The notes below the pieces were generated by a model. It was not told the origin of the DNA, did not search any database, and was given only the letters and a program-made list of their open reading frames with translations. Shown here piece by piece: positions 1 to 8,068 of a stretch of 32,000 nt of DNA (position 1 is the first letter of the stretch; the number at the start of each line of letters is the position of its first letter). Origin of the DNA: Gemmata obscuriglobus (lineage in GTDB: Bacteria > Planctomycetota > Planctomycetia > Gemmatales > Gemmataceae); contig NZ_CP042911.1 in assembly GCF_008065095.1 (NCBI RefSeq), positions 720,001 through 752,000 of the forward strand, written 5' to 3'. A program made the position numbers and the translations under genes.

Positions 1-891
1 ACCGGCGGGACGGCGGCGCACCCGAAGTCGTGCATGGCCGCCAACACCCCGGTGGCCGACGCGGACGGCGTGTACGCGCTGTTCGCCACCGGCGACCTGG
101 CCGCGTTCGACGCGGACGGCACCCTGCGCTGGTACCGCTCGCTGGTCGGCGACTACCCGACGATCACGAACCAGATCGGCATGGCGGCCTCGCCGATCCT
201 GGTGGGGGACAAGCTGATCGTGCCGATGGACAACGCGGGCGAATCGTTCCTCGCGGCGGTCGACACGAAGTACGGCAAGAACGTCTGGAAGGCCGAGCGC
301 CCGCGGGACAGCAACTGGACGACGCCCATCACGCGCGCCGTCGGGTCCACCACCGAGGTGCTGTTCGACGGCCCGAGCGGCCTGACCGCGTACGACGCGG
401 CGAGCGGCGACAAGCGCTGGTCGTCGAAGGCGTCGAAGGGGTCCATCCCGACCGGCACCCTCGACGGCGACACGCTGTACCTGCCGACCGGCGGGGTGAG
501 CGCGTTCAAGCTCGGCGCGCAGGGCGTGGCGGAGAAGCCATCCTGGACCGCGAAGGACGTTCAGTCCGGGATGCCGTCGCCGCTGGTGTACCTGGGGCGG
601 GTGTACGCGGTGACCGGCCAGGGGCTGGTGTCGTGCGCCGAAACGAAGACCGGCAAGACGCTGTACAAGGAGCGGCTGAAGGGGGCGTTCTCGGCGTCCC
701 CGGTTGCGGCCGACGGGAAGGTGTACTTCCTGAACGAAACCGGCTCGTGCGCGGTACTCGACGCCAAGGCGGACGGGTTCGAGGTGCTGGCGACCAACGA
801 CCTCCCGGGCGAGACGCTGGGCACCCCGGCGATCGCGCGCGGGCGGATCTTCATCCGCACCGACAAGGCGCTCTACGCCATCGGGAAGTAG
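1..891 (+). CDS. PQQ-like beta-propeller repeat protein (BamB/PQQ_2-like), 5' end truncated by the window edge
   Basis: Frame 1 is open from nt 1 to the stop at 889-891. Repeated propeller blades are visible (GDKLIVPMDNAG, LTAYDAASGDKRW, GRVYAVTGQGLVSCAETKTGKTLY, DGKVYFLNETG, GRIFIRTDKALYAIG). It is a paralog of the CDS at 19216..20568. Confidence 0.8.
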   Translation, partial: TGGTAAHPKSCMAANTPVADADGVYALFATGDLAAFDADGTLRWYRSLVGDYPTITNQIGMAASPILVGDKLIVPMDNAGESFLAAVDTKYGKNVWKAERPRDSNWTTPITRAVGSTTEVLFDGPSGLTAYDAASGDKRWSSKASKGSIPTGTLDGDTLYLPTGGVSAFKLGAQGVAEKPSWTAKDVQSGMPSPLVYLGRVYAVTGQGLVSCAETKTGKTLYKERLKGAFSASPVAADGKVYFLNETGSCAVLDAKADGFEVLATNDLPGETLGTPAIARGRIFIRTDKALYAIGK

Positions 892-1017
892 GGTGAGCGA
901 GCGCGTGATCCTCCGGTTGGCGCACCTGTCTCAACCGGCGGGTCGCACGCGCGCGGCCTCGTGGCGCAGAGCACGAGGTCGCCATGGCTAAATTGACCTT
1001 CCATCGCGGCGGACGCG

Positions 1018-1338
1018 TTAGAGGACGCCGGGTGCGATGACGCCGAAGCCCTCGCTCACTGCCGGGCCGAGCGGCGGCACTGCCGCGGCTGCTGGGTCGT
1101 TGACCTGCTGCTCGGGAAGTCGTAACGATCCGAGCCGGGCGGTTACGACTGTTGGCACCGTAGCCCAGAAGGTGCGGTGCGAGTAGCCGTCGATCGGCTC
1201 CTTACTGAAGTTCTGGTGGGTTCGGACTTCGCGGTTGCGCGGGGCGCGTGGACGAATATCGGTTGGGGGCGTATCATCACTTTTCACGCTCGGCTCGCGC
1301 AATGCTGCCGCCCGGCGAACCACGAAACACGATAACAC
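1018..1338 (-). CDS. possible small hypothetical ORF (weak call)
   Basis: Third-position G+C is coding-like across the C-terminal ~70 codons (KEPIDGYSHRTFW...AVSEGFGVIAPGVL). There is no recognisable family. The start is unclear, and the listed start would overlap the promoter/leader of the + strand gene at 1350. Confidence 0.25.
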   Translation of the reverse strand: MLSCFVVRRAAALREPSVKSDDTPPTDIRPRAPRNREVRTHQNFSKEPIDGYSHRTFWATVPTVVTARLGSLRLPEQQVNDPAAAAVPPLGPAVSEGFGVIAPGVL

Positions 1339-1349
1339 GAAACACGACC

Positions 1350-1574
1350 ATGTCCATCGACAAGAGCCTGAAGCGGAAAGCCGGCATGTCCCGGCAGCGG
1401 TGCGTGCTGACCCGCGCCGAGCGCATCACCAAGATGCTGGAAAACGGCAAGTTCGGCGCGGAGTCCAGCCCCTACGGGCTGCCCAAGACCCGCGTCCAGA
1501 AGATCGCCCTCAAGAAGAAGGCGAAGAAGGAAGAGGCCGAAGGCGGGGACGACAAAGCCAAGAAGAAGAAGTAA
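1350..1574 (+). CDS. small basic protein (Lys/Arg-rich, about 74 aa; resembles the planctomycete/verrucomicrobial 'small basic protein' family)
   Basis: ATG at 1350 gives MSIDKSLKRKAGMSRQRCVLTRAERITKMLENGKFGAESSPYGLPKTRVQKIALKKKAKKEE...KAKKKK. The longer track ORF starting at 1248 adds a non-conserved-looking extension. Family assignment is from memory only. Confidence 0.65.
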   Translation: MSIDKSLKRKAGMSRQRCVLTRAERITKMLENGKFGAESSPYGLPKTRVQKIALKKKAKKEEAEGGDDKAKKKK

Positions 1575-1642
1575 CCGCTCCCGCTCGGCTGCGGCGCTCG
1601 TCAGGGACTTTTGCCCCTCAACGAGCGCCACGACCGAGCGTC

Positions 1643-1731
1643 GTAGTTTCAAGTCCGGACGTTTGCGAGTCGCAAGTCAACCCAGTCGTGTCCTGGACTT
1701 GATGACTTTCGACTTGCCGTCTTGAAACTAC
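1643..1731 (+). promoter_or_regulatory. nested stem-loop element between the small basic protein gene and folK
   Basis: An 11-bp perfect outer stem pairs GTAGTTTCAAG (1643-1653) with CTTGAAACTAC (1721-1731). Inner pairings are TCCGGAC (1654-1660) with GTCCTGGA (1690-1697, one bulge). GCAAGTC (1672-1678) can pair with GACTTGC (1711-1717), or a local TTGCGA/TCGCAA hairpin (1663-1675) can form instead. The element ends 11 nt before the folK ATG. Confidence 0.45.
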
Positions 1732-1741
1732 CGGGGTTCTA

Positions 1742-2950
1742 ATGCCGCTCGCATACGTCGCGCTCGGGTCCAACCTTGGCGACCGCTGGGCCACACTCTC
1801 AACCGCGGTGAAGCGGCTCCGGGCCGAACCCGGGCTGCGGGTCACCGCGGTTTCGGCGTTCTATGAAACCGCCCCGGTCGATTGCCCGCCCGGGGCCGGT
1901 GAGTTTTTCAACGCCGTCGCCGCGGTCGAAACCGACCGCACGCCCCACGACCTGCTCAAGCTCCTCCTTTACATCGAACGGCAGTTCGGGCGCGTCCGCA
2001 GCGAACCGAATGCCCCGCGCACCCTGGACCTCGATCTCGTGCTGCACGGTGATGCGGTCATCGACACGCCCGATCTGATCCTTCCGCACCCGCGGACGCA
2101 CCAGCGCGCGTTCGTGCTGGTGCCGCTCGCCGCGATCGCCCCCGACGTGCGCCACCCGGTACTCAAGAAGACTGCGAGTGAGCTCGCCGCAGCCGTTCCG
2201 GCGGATGACATCCGACCGGTCGCGCCTCCGCCGGCGCCGCAAACGCTGGCCGGCTTGCGCGCACTGGTTACGGGGTCCACGTCCGGGATCGGCCAAGCGA
2301 TCGCAACCGCGTTCGCCGACCACGGGGCCGAGGTGATCACCCACGGCCGACGTTCGGGCGCGGGTCGGCACCTTTCGGCCGACCTGAGCGATCCGGCTCA
2401 GGTCGACCGGCTCGCGAGCGCGGCGTGGGACACGTTCGGCCCAATCGACGTGCTCGTGTGCAACGCGGGCGCGGACACGCTCACCGGCGCGGCCGCGAAG
2501 TGGTCGTTCGACGAGAAGTTCGACGCGCTGCTCGCGATCGACCTGAGGGCCACGGTGCGGCTCGCCCGCGACCTCGGCGCGCGGATGAAGGCGCGGGGCC
2601 GCGGGTGCGTGCTGACGGTGGGCTGGGACCAGTCCGAAACCGGGATGGAGGGCGACAGCGGGCAACTGTTCGCCGCCGTGAAGGGCGCGGTGACGTGCTT
2701 CACGCGGAGCCTCGCCCTGAGCCTCGCGCCCGAGGTGCGGGTCAACTGTCTCGCCCCGGGGTGGGTGCGGACTTCGTGGGGCGAAACGGCGTCCCCGGTG
2801 TGGCAGGAGCGGGTGCGCGACGAGACGCCGCTCGGCCTGTGGGGGCTTCCCGAAGACGTGGCGGCGGCGGCGGTGTGGCTGGCGGGACCCTCGGCCGGGT
2901 TCATCACCGGGCAGACGGTCCGCGTCAACGGCGGCGCGGTCCGCGCGTAG
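1742..2950 (+). CDS. folK: 2-amino-4-hydroxy-6-hydroxymethyldihydropteridine diphosphokinase (HPPK) fused to a C-terminal short-chain dehydrogenase/reductase domain
   Basis: The N-terminal ~160 aa carry HPPK hallmarks (AYVALGSNLGDR, SAFYETAPV, FFNAVAAVET, RTLDLDLVLHGD, LILPHPRTHQRAFVLVPL). The C-terminal ~235 aa form an SDR Rossmann domain (LVTGSTSGIGQAIA, VCNAG, LAPEVRVNCLAPGWV, ITGQTVRVNGG). Confidence 0.85.
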   Translation: MPLAYVALGSNLGDRWATLSTAVKRLRAEPGLRVTAVSAFYETAPVDCPPGAGEFFNAVAAVETDRTPHDLLKLLLYIERQFGRVRSEPNAPRTLDLDLVLHGDAVIDTPDLILPHPRTHQRAFVLVPLAAIAPDVRHPVLKKTASELAAAVPADDIRPVAPPPAPQTLAGLRALVTGSTSGIGQAIATAFADHGAEVITHGRRSGAGRHLSADLSDPAQVDRLASAAWDTFGPIDVLVCNAGADTLTGAAAKWSFDEKFDALLAIDLRATVRLARDLGARMKARGRGCVLTVGWDQSETGMEGDSGQLFAAVKGAVTCFTRSLALSLAPEVRVNCLAPGWVRTSWGETASPVWQERVRDETPLGLWGLPEDVAAAAVWLAGPSAGFITGQTVRVNGGAVRA

Positions 2951-2953
2951 CCG

Positions 2954-3154
2954 CTACGGTTTGAGTTCGACTTTCGGCGCCGCCCCGCGCCCCTTGTTCC
3001 CGCCCCCCAGGTTGACCGGCTCGTCGCCCTGAGAGCCCAGCGCCTTCGGGCCGCCGATGGGCTGGTCGGAAGGCGACTGGATTTTCGAGTTGTCCTGTTT
3101 GCTCCCGCAACCGGCGGCGCCGATCACGAACAGCATAAGCGCAAGCGCCCGCAT
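2954..3154 (-). CDS. small lipoprotein (66 aa)
   Basis: Signal peptide plus lipobox MRALALMLFVIGAAGC|GSK. There is an AAGGGA Shine-Dalgarno-like sequence upstream. It lies 30 nt downstream of the DUF1559 gene on the same strand. Confidence 0.6.
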   Translation of the reverse strand: MRALALMLFVIGAAGCGSKQDNSKIQSPSDQPIGGPKALGSQGDEPVNLGGGNKGRGAAPKVELKP

Positions 3155-3184
3155 CGTCGGTTCCCTTTCGTGTTCGGTGCGCGT

Positions 3185-4243
3185 TCAACCGCCCAGGTCG
3201 CTGAAATCGATGACCTCGCCCTTTTGGGCCGAACTCGCGTTAATGTACTGCGTGTGCGGCGCCGCCGTCGGCGCACGGATGCCACGAACCGACCCGTCGC
3301 AGAACGCGAAGTTCGTGACCCCGCTGTGCTCCGCCGAGAACGCCCCGAAGTCGCGGCTGCCCGGGGCCAGAAGGCCGTCGAAGGTCGAGCGCCACCCGGC
3401 CGAGATCCACGACCACGCGGTCTTGACGGTGATCGGCCCGCTTGGGCCGGACGCCAGCCCGTCGCCCAGCGTCTCGCCGAACATCAGCGTGTTGCTCGTC
3501 CCGTCCGATATGCTCAGGTTGTTGACCGGCGCGGCCTTCTGGACGTTCGAGAAGGTGGCCGCCGCCCCGTACGGCAGCACCATCGACGGCACGAACACGC
3601 CGCGCCAACTGTCGAGGGCCTGGCCGCCCGTCGTGATGTTCGAGCCGACGAGCGAGAACCGCCCGCCGACCCCGATGTAGTTCGTGATCCCCAGGTTCGC
3701 GGACGCCGGGAAGACGGACGCCTGCCACCCGATCGCCGACCCGTTGAAGACCATCCGGTGCGGCCCGATGTACCCGTCCGTCGGCGCGGCGTTCGGCGCC
3801 GCGGGGCACTCGAACGTCTTGATCCGGGTGCGGGCCGGGGCAGTGTTCGCGGCGTTCGACGACCACAGGCTACCCGCGGCCGTGTTGAACGGGTCCCAGT
3901 TCACCTGGAGCTGCGCGTGGACGTTGTTCTGCTCGACGTACGGGAGCAGGTACGCGAGCACCCCGACGCCGGAGTTGTTCGTGAACGGGAAGCCGGACGC
4001 GGCGTCGGTCGGCGCGAGTACCGCGGCCCCGACTGGGAAGGCCTGGTTCGCCGCCTCGTAGTTCTGGGCGGCAAGGGCCAGTTGTTTCAGGTTGTTCTGG
4101 CAGCTCATACGCGCCGCCGCCGCCCGCACCTTCTGAACGGCGGGCAACAAGAGCCCGATGAGGATCGCGATGATCGCGATGACGACCAACAGCTCGATCA
4201 GCGTGAAGCCGGAGCGCGGGCGGTGAGAACGGGCGGGGGGCAT
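3185..4243 (-). CDS. DUF1559 protein with prepilin-type N-terminal cleavage/methylation domain
   Basis: The ATG at 4243-4241 follows GGAGGAG with a 7-nt spacer. The N-terminus is [55 protein letters not shown]. The C-terminal end has [10 protein letters not shown] and FCDGSVR motifs typical of this planctomycete family. The track ORF up to 4558 is an upstream artefact. Confidence 0.9.
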   Translation of the reverse strand: MPPARSHRPRSGFTLIELLVVIAIIAILIGLLLPAVQKVRAAAARMSCQNNLKQLALAAQNYEAANQAFPVGAAVLAPTDAASGFPFTNNSGVGVLAYLLPYVEQNNVHAQLQVNWDPFNTAAGSLWSSNAANTAPARTRIKTFECPAAPNAAPTDGYIGPHRMVFNGSAIGWQASVFPASANLGITNYIGVGGRFSLVGSNITTGGQALDSWRGVFVPSMVLPYGAAATFSNVQKAAPVNNLSISDGTSNTLMFGETLGDGLASGPSGPITVKTAWSWISAGWRSTFDGLLAPGSRDFGAFSAEHSGVTNFAFCDGSVRGIRAPTAAPHTQYINASSAQKGEVIDFSDLGG

Positions 4244-4665
4244 GTAACTGCTCCTCCAACGGCAGGGAGAGATCGATCCGGCCGACGCGGACAACGTTCC
4301 GTATCCGGACCGGCGGCGCCGGCGGCACGAAAGCGTAGAACATGCGGGCCGGGCGAAACGGCGCGCGCGGTCCGGCGAGCGCAGCGCCACGCACCCGAAT
4401 GGGCCCGTTGTTCGGATTTCGCTGGACTGACGCCTCGGTGATCGCCCGTCGTCGGCGCCTCGACGACCGCAAACCACAGGCGGCACGCCGCTCGCCTCAA
4501 AAGCGGTATGGCCGCCCGATGTCGCTTGCATAATAATTGGCGACGCGTCCGAATCCACACGCTTTTTTCTTTGATTTTTTGCCGGTGCGTTGCCCGGGTC
4601 CTGGTTCCGCCGTGCGGCGCGCCAGTTGCATCTGAACCGGCGTGTCTGCCCTTTTTGGAGCGCTC

Positions 4666-6405
4666 ATGCGGTTTCACGCCCTCGCGACCGACTACGACGG
4701 CACCATCGCGCACGACGGGGCCGTCGACGCCGACACCCTCAAAGCGCTGGAAAAGCTGAAGAAGTCCGGGCGCAAGCTCATCATGGTTACCGGGCGCGAG
4801 CTGCCGGACCTGCTCGCGATCTTCCCGCGCCTCGACCTCTTCGACCTCGCCGTCGTCGAGAACGGGGCGGTGGTGTACAACCCGGCCACCAAGGAAACGC
4901 GGGTCCTGGCCGAAGGCCCACCGCCGAAGTTCGCCGAGGAGCTGCGCAAGCGCGGCGTACAGCCGCTCTCAAGCGGGCACGTGATCGTCGCCACGTTCGT
5001 ACCGCACCAGAACACCGTTCTCGACACGGTCCGCGAACTGGGGCTCGAGCTGCAGGTGATTTTCAACAAGGACGCGGTGATGGTGTTGCCGTCCGGCATC
5101 AACAAGGCCACCGGCCTCGCCGCGGCGCTGGCGGAGTTGGGCCTTTCGCCGCACAACACGGTCGGGGTCGGCGACGCCGAGAACGATCACGCGTTCCTGA
5201 AGATGTGCGAGTGCTCGGCGGCGGTCGGCAACGCGCTGCCCGCCGTCAAAGACACCGCGGACATCGTGATGAAGGGGCAGCGGGGCGCGGGCGTCGCCGA
5301 ACTCATTGAGCAGTTGATCGCCGACGACCTGTCGGGCCTGAAAACGCTCGCCCGGCACCGCGTCCCGGTCGGCAATGCCGACGGGGGCCAGGAGGAAACG
5401 CTCGACCCCGCGGGCGCCGGGGTGCTGGTGTGCGGCACCTCCGGGAGCGGCAAATCGACCCTCACGACGGCGCTGATGGAGCGCCTCGCGCACGCGGGCT
5501 ACCAGATCCTCGTCGTGGACCCGGAGGGCGATTACACCAACCTCGAGTTCGCCCACATCATCGGCAACACGAACCAGGCGCCGCGGCCCGAGGAAGTGAC
5601 CGAGGCCCTGCGGGACCCGAAGCGGTCCATCGTGGTGAACCTGCTCGGGGTGCCGCTCGCCGACCGGCCCGCGTTCTTCGCGCAACTGCTGCCCCGCGTC
5701 CTTGAGGAGAAGGCCCGGACCGGCCGCCCCCACTGGCTCGTCGTGGACGAGTCGCACCACATGCTCCCCGCCGGCCCGGACGCGGCGAACCTCGCGACCC
5801 AGTTGCCGGACCGCGGCACCCTGTACATCACCGTCCACGCCGGCGCGATGGAGACGCGCGCGCTGGACCACGTCCGCACGCTGCTGGTGATCGGCGGGCA
5901 CCCGGCGAAAACGGTCGAGGAGTTCTGCAAGGCCATCGGCGAGAAGCGGCCGAAGTGCCCGCCGGTGAGCGGCAACAAGCTGCCGACGGGCGACACCATG
6001 CTCTGGCGGCGCGGGGACAAGAACGCCGTCATCGTTCACACGCAGCCGCCGCGGACCGAGCGCAAGCGGCACTCGCGCAAGTACGCGGAAGGCAACCTCG
6101 GCGCGGACCGCAGCTTTTACTTCCGCGGGCCGGACGGGAAGCTCAATTTGAAGGCGTCGAACCTGTTCATGTTCGTTCAGCTCGCCGACGGGGTGGACGA
6201 CGACACGTGGGAGTTCCACCGCGCGAACGGCGACTACTCGCAGTGGGTCCGCGAGCAGATCAAGGACAACCAGCTCGCCGACGAACTGGCCGAGGTCGAG
6301 GCGGACGCCGAGACCGGCCCGCGGGACGCGCGGGCGGCGGTGCGGGCCGCGATCGAGGCCCGGTACACGCTCCCGAGCGACGCGCCGAGCGGAAAGATTG
6401 ATTAG
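4666..6405 (+). CDS. HAD-IIB (Cof-type) phosphatase fused to a HerA/FtsK-like P-loop ATPase with an uncharacterised C-terminal domain
   Basis: HAD motifs are present: ATDYDGT (I), VTGR (II), INKATG (III) and GDAENDHAF (IV). They are followed by Walker A GTSGSGKST, a HerA-like VVDPEGDY motif and Walker B WLVVDESHH. The ATG at 4666 follows GGAG with a 5-nt spacer. The GTG at 4642 is an alternative start. Confidence 0.85.
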   Translation: MRFHALATDYDGTIAHDGAVDADTLKALEKLKKSGRKLIMVTGRELPDLLAIFPRLDLFDLAVVENGAVVYNPATKETRVLAEGPPPKFAEELRKRGVQPLSSGHVIVATFVPHQNTVLDTVRELGLELQVIFNKDAVMVLPSGINKATGLAAALAELGLSPHNTVGVGDAENDHAFLKMCECSAAVGNALPAVKDTADIVMKGQRGAGVAELIEQLIADDLSGLKTLARHRVPVGNADGGQEETLDPAGAGVLVCGTSGSGKSTLTTALMERLAHAGYQILVVDPEGDYTNLEFAHIIGNTNQAPRPEEVTEALRDPKRSIVVNLLGVPLADRPAFFAQLLPRVLEEKARTGRPHWLVVDESHHMLPAGPDAANLATQLPDRGTLYITVHAGAMETRALDHVRTLLVIGGHPAKTVEEFCKAIGEKRPKCPPVSGNKLPTGDTMLWRRGDKNAVIVHTQPPRTERKRHSRKYAEGNLGADRSFYFRGPDGKLNLKASNLFMFVQLADGVDDDTWEFHRANGDYSQWVREQIKDNQLADELAEVEADAETGPRDARAAVRAAIEARYTLPSDAPSGKID

Positions 6406-6450
6406 CTCTCATTCGCCACCAAATTCGGATCGCGTGTCTAACGAGCCGGT

Positions 6451-6490
6451 GCCGCACGGGAATGGGATAACGTCCCCGCTCCCGTGCGGC
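6451..6490 (+). terminator. stem-loop downstream of the HAD-ATPase gene
   Basis: An 11-bp perfect stem pairs GCCGCACGGGA (6451-6461) with TCCCGTGCGGC (6480-6490), followed by CCTTCATTTCT. It begins 46 nt after the stop codon. Confidence 0.5.
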
Positions 6491-6585
6491 CCTTCATTTC
6501 TGGGAACCGTCACGCCTGACCCGGTTATGGTTCGCCCCGCGCACACGGTTCTCTTTCCAGAGATGTACTCGCAGGAGAACGTGAC

Positions 6586-6852
6586 ATGGTGCGGGCAATC
6601 ATCGGCGCGGCGGTCGGGGTTGTCATCGGGATGCTCGTCCTCGCCGGGGCGGGCGCGTGGTACGGGTACGTCAACGGCGTACCGACCGCCCAACTGCCGC
6701 CGGGGCTCGAAGCGGCGGGCGTGTCGGCGCTCTCGTGGTCCGTGTTCCTGTTCTGGATGGGAATGCTCCCCGGTGCCGTGATCGGCGGAGCGGCGGGGTT
6801 CGGGAGCTGGCTGGTCCGTCCGAAGGAACCGCGCTTCCCGAGTGGGGTATGA
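6586..6852 (+). CDS. small Gly-rich membrane protein (88 aa, 2-3 predicted TM segments)
   Basis: AGGAG lies 8 nt upstream of the ATG. Third-position G+C is high. Hydrophobic glycine-zipper segments are present (AIIGAAVGVVIGMLVLAGAGAW, SALSWSVFLFWMGMLPGAVIGGAAGFGSW). Confidence 0.55.
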   Translation: MVRAIIGAAVGVVIGMLVLAGAGAWYGYVNGVPTAQLPPGLEAAGVSALSWSVFLFWMGMLPGAVIGGAAGFGSWLVRPKEPRFPSGV

Positions 6853-7053
6853 AGAGTTTGCCGACCGGTACGACTTACAAGCCGTGGCAGCCGCGATGTG
6901 AGAACAAATACACCGAAAACGAAGGCAATCGGCTGGTTCCGGGCGTTTGGCACGGTGGGTGCTTTATCTCGAAGCGTCGAACACCGATCGGGTCAGGGTT
7001 CCCCCGGCCCACCCCACATACCTCCCGGCACCTCCAACAACCTATCAACCAAC

Positions 7054-7086
7054 GCCGGCGACTTCGGTCGCCGGCTTCATCTTTTT
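7054..7086 (+). terminator. canonical rho-independent terminator
   Basis: GCCGGCGAC-TTCG-GTCGCCGGC forms a 9-bp stem with a TTCG tetraloop, followed by TTCATCTTTTT. The T-run is on the + strand only. Confidence 0.7.
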
Positions 7087-7243
7087 GTGGCTGTGTTGAA
7101 AAAGAAACGGGAGCACACGAGCCTGTCCCGTGAGGTCGCGGGTCAAAGCGGTTCCGGACCGCAGCTCCCGTTGACGGATTGCCCCGGTGTGGGCATAGCC
7201 CTCATTAAATTAAGGCATCAAACGTCCACTCGGGGGAACCGCG

Positions 7244-8068
7244 ATGGGCCGGGCTCGTGTCCTCGCGCTGATCCTCGTGGGTGGGTGCGCGGTCGGGTGC
7301 GCCCCGCTGATGCGGGGAGCGGCCGGCATCGAAAACGCCATCGTGTTTCAGCCGAAGCCGTTCCCGAAGGGCGATTGGAACCCCGCACTCCGGACCGAAG
7401 ACGTTTGGATCGATTCGTCCGACGGCGTCCGCCTGCACGGCTGGTTGGCCGAACCGGCCCGCGGCCCGTCTCGCGCGGTCGTCCTGTACACCCACGGGAA
7501 CGGCGGGAACGTGACCAACCGGCGGCACGTGATCGAGCTGTTCCGCGACCGGATGAACGCCACCGTCCTGGTGTTCGATTACCGCGGCTACGGCCGCAGC
7601 GACGGGCGACCAACCGAGAACGGCGTCCTCGACGACGCGCGGGCCGCGCGCCGCTGGCTGGCGGCCCACGCGGGCGTCCGCGAGGCCGACGTTGTTCTGG
7701 CGGGGCATTCGCTCGGCGGCGGCGTGGCCGTCGATCTGGCGGCCCGCGACGGCACCCGCGGGCTGATTCTGGAGGGGACGTTCACCAACCTGCCGGACGT
7801 GGCGGCGAGCCACGTGCCGCTGCTCCCGGTGCGAGCGGTGATGCGGGCGCGGCTGGACTCGGTCGCCAAGATTGGGGATTACCGCGGTCCGCTTCTCCAG
7901 GTTCACGGGGACGCGGACCGGATCGTCCCGTACGCCCTCGGCCGCAAGTTGTTCGAGGCGGCAAACGAGCCGAAGCAGTTCGTCACCATCCCCGGCGGGA
8001 ACCACAACGAGCACTACACGCCGGAGTACGTCGCGGCGCTCGACCACTTCATCACCTCGTTACCGTAA
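7244..8068 (+). CDS. alpha/beta hydrolase (Bem46/ABHD13-like), probable lipoprotein
   Basis: The N-terminus is MGRARVLALILVGGCAVGC. The nucleophile elbow is GHSLGGG, the acid is HGDADRIVP and the His is GGNHNEH. Confidence 0.85.
   Translation: MGRARVLALILVGGCAVGCAPLMRGAAGIENAIVFQPKPFPKGDWNPALRTEDVWIDSSDGVRLHGWLAEPARGPSRAVVLYTHGNGGNVTNRRHVIELFRDRMNATVLVFDYRGYGRSDGRPTENGVLDDARAARRWLAAHAGVREADVVLAGHSLGGGVAVDLAARDGTRGLILEGTFTNLPDVAASHVPLLPVRAVMRARLDSVAKIGDYRGPLLQVHGDADRIVPYALGRKLFEAANEPKQFVTIPGGNHNEHYTPEYVAALDHFITSLP

Noticed and set aside
1643-1731. Calling the folK-upstream element a THF riboswitch
   Set aside because: I cannot match it to the THF or THF-II consensus from memory, and those classes are known from other phyla. 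It is reported only as an unclassified structured element pending a covariance-model search.
4244-4665. ORFs 4342..4533(+) and 4198..4713(-) in the divergent DUF1559/HAD intergenic region
   Set aside because: They are Arg-rich and low-complexity with no start context. The region contains an AT-rich tract (TTGCATAATAATTGG...CTTTTTTCTTTGATTTTTTGCC, about 4528-4585) that looks like shared promoter DNA rather than coding sequence.
4969-6219. 416-aa minus-strand ORF antisense to the HAD-ATPase gene; the same class includes 3170..4441(+), 6898..8208(+), 7205..8047(-), 14564..16021(-), 16018..17271(-), 19114..20541(+), 21211..22128(+), 26228..28237(+), 29621..30886(+) and 30796..31821(-)
   Set aside because: All are mirror-frame open frames opposite genes with strong domain evidence. 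All are Arg/Pro/Gly/Asp-rich without motifs. Stop-codon scarcity in GC-rich DNA explains them.
4666-6405. Reading the HAD plus P-loop fusion as a Pnkp-like polynucleotide kinase-phosphatase that would complement the two ligases
   Set aside because: The P-loop domain has a Walker B hhhhDE and the DPEGDY motif of HerA/FtsK-type ASCE ATPases, not a small kinase fold. The HAD domain has a Cof-type cap. The gene lies 8-13 kb from the ligases. It is kept only as a remote possibility.
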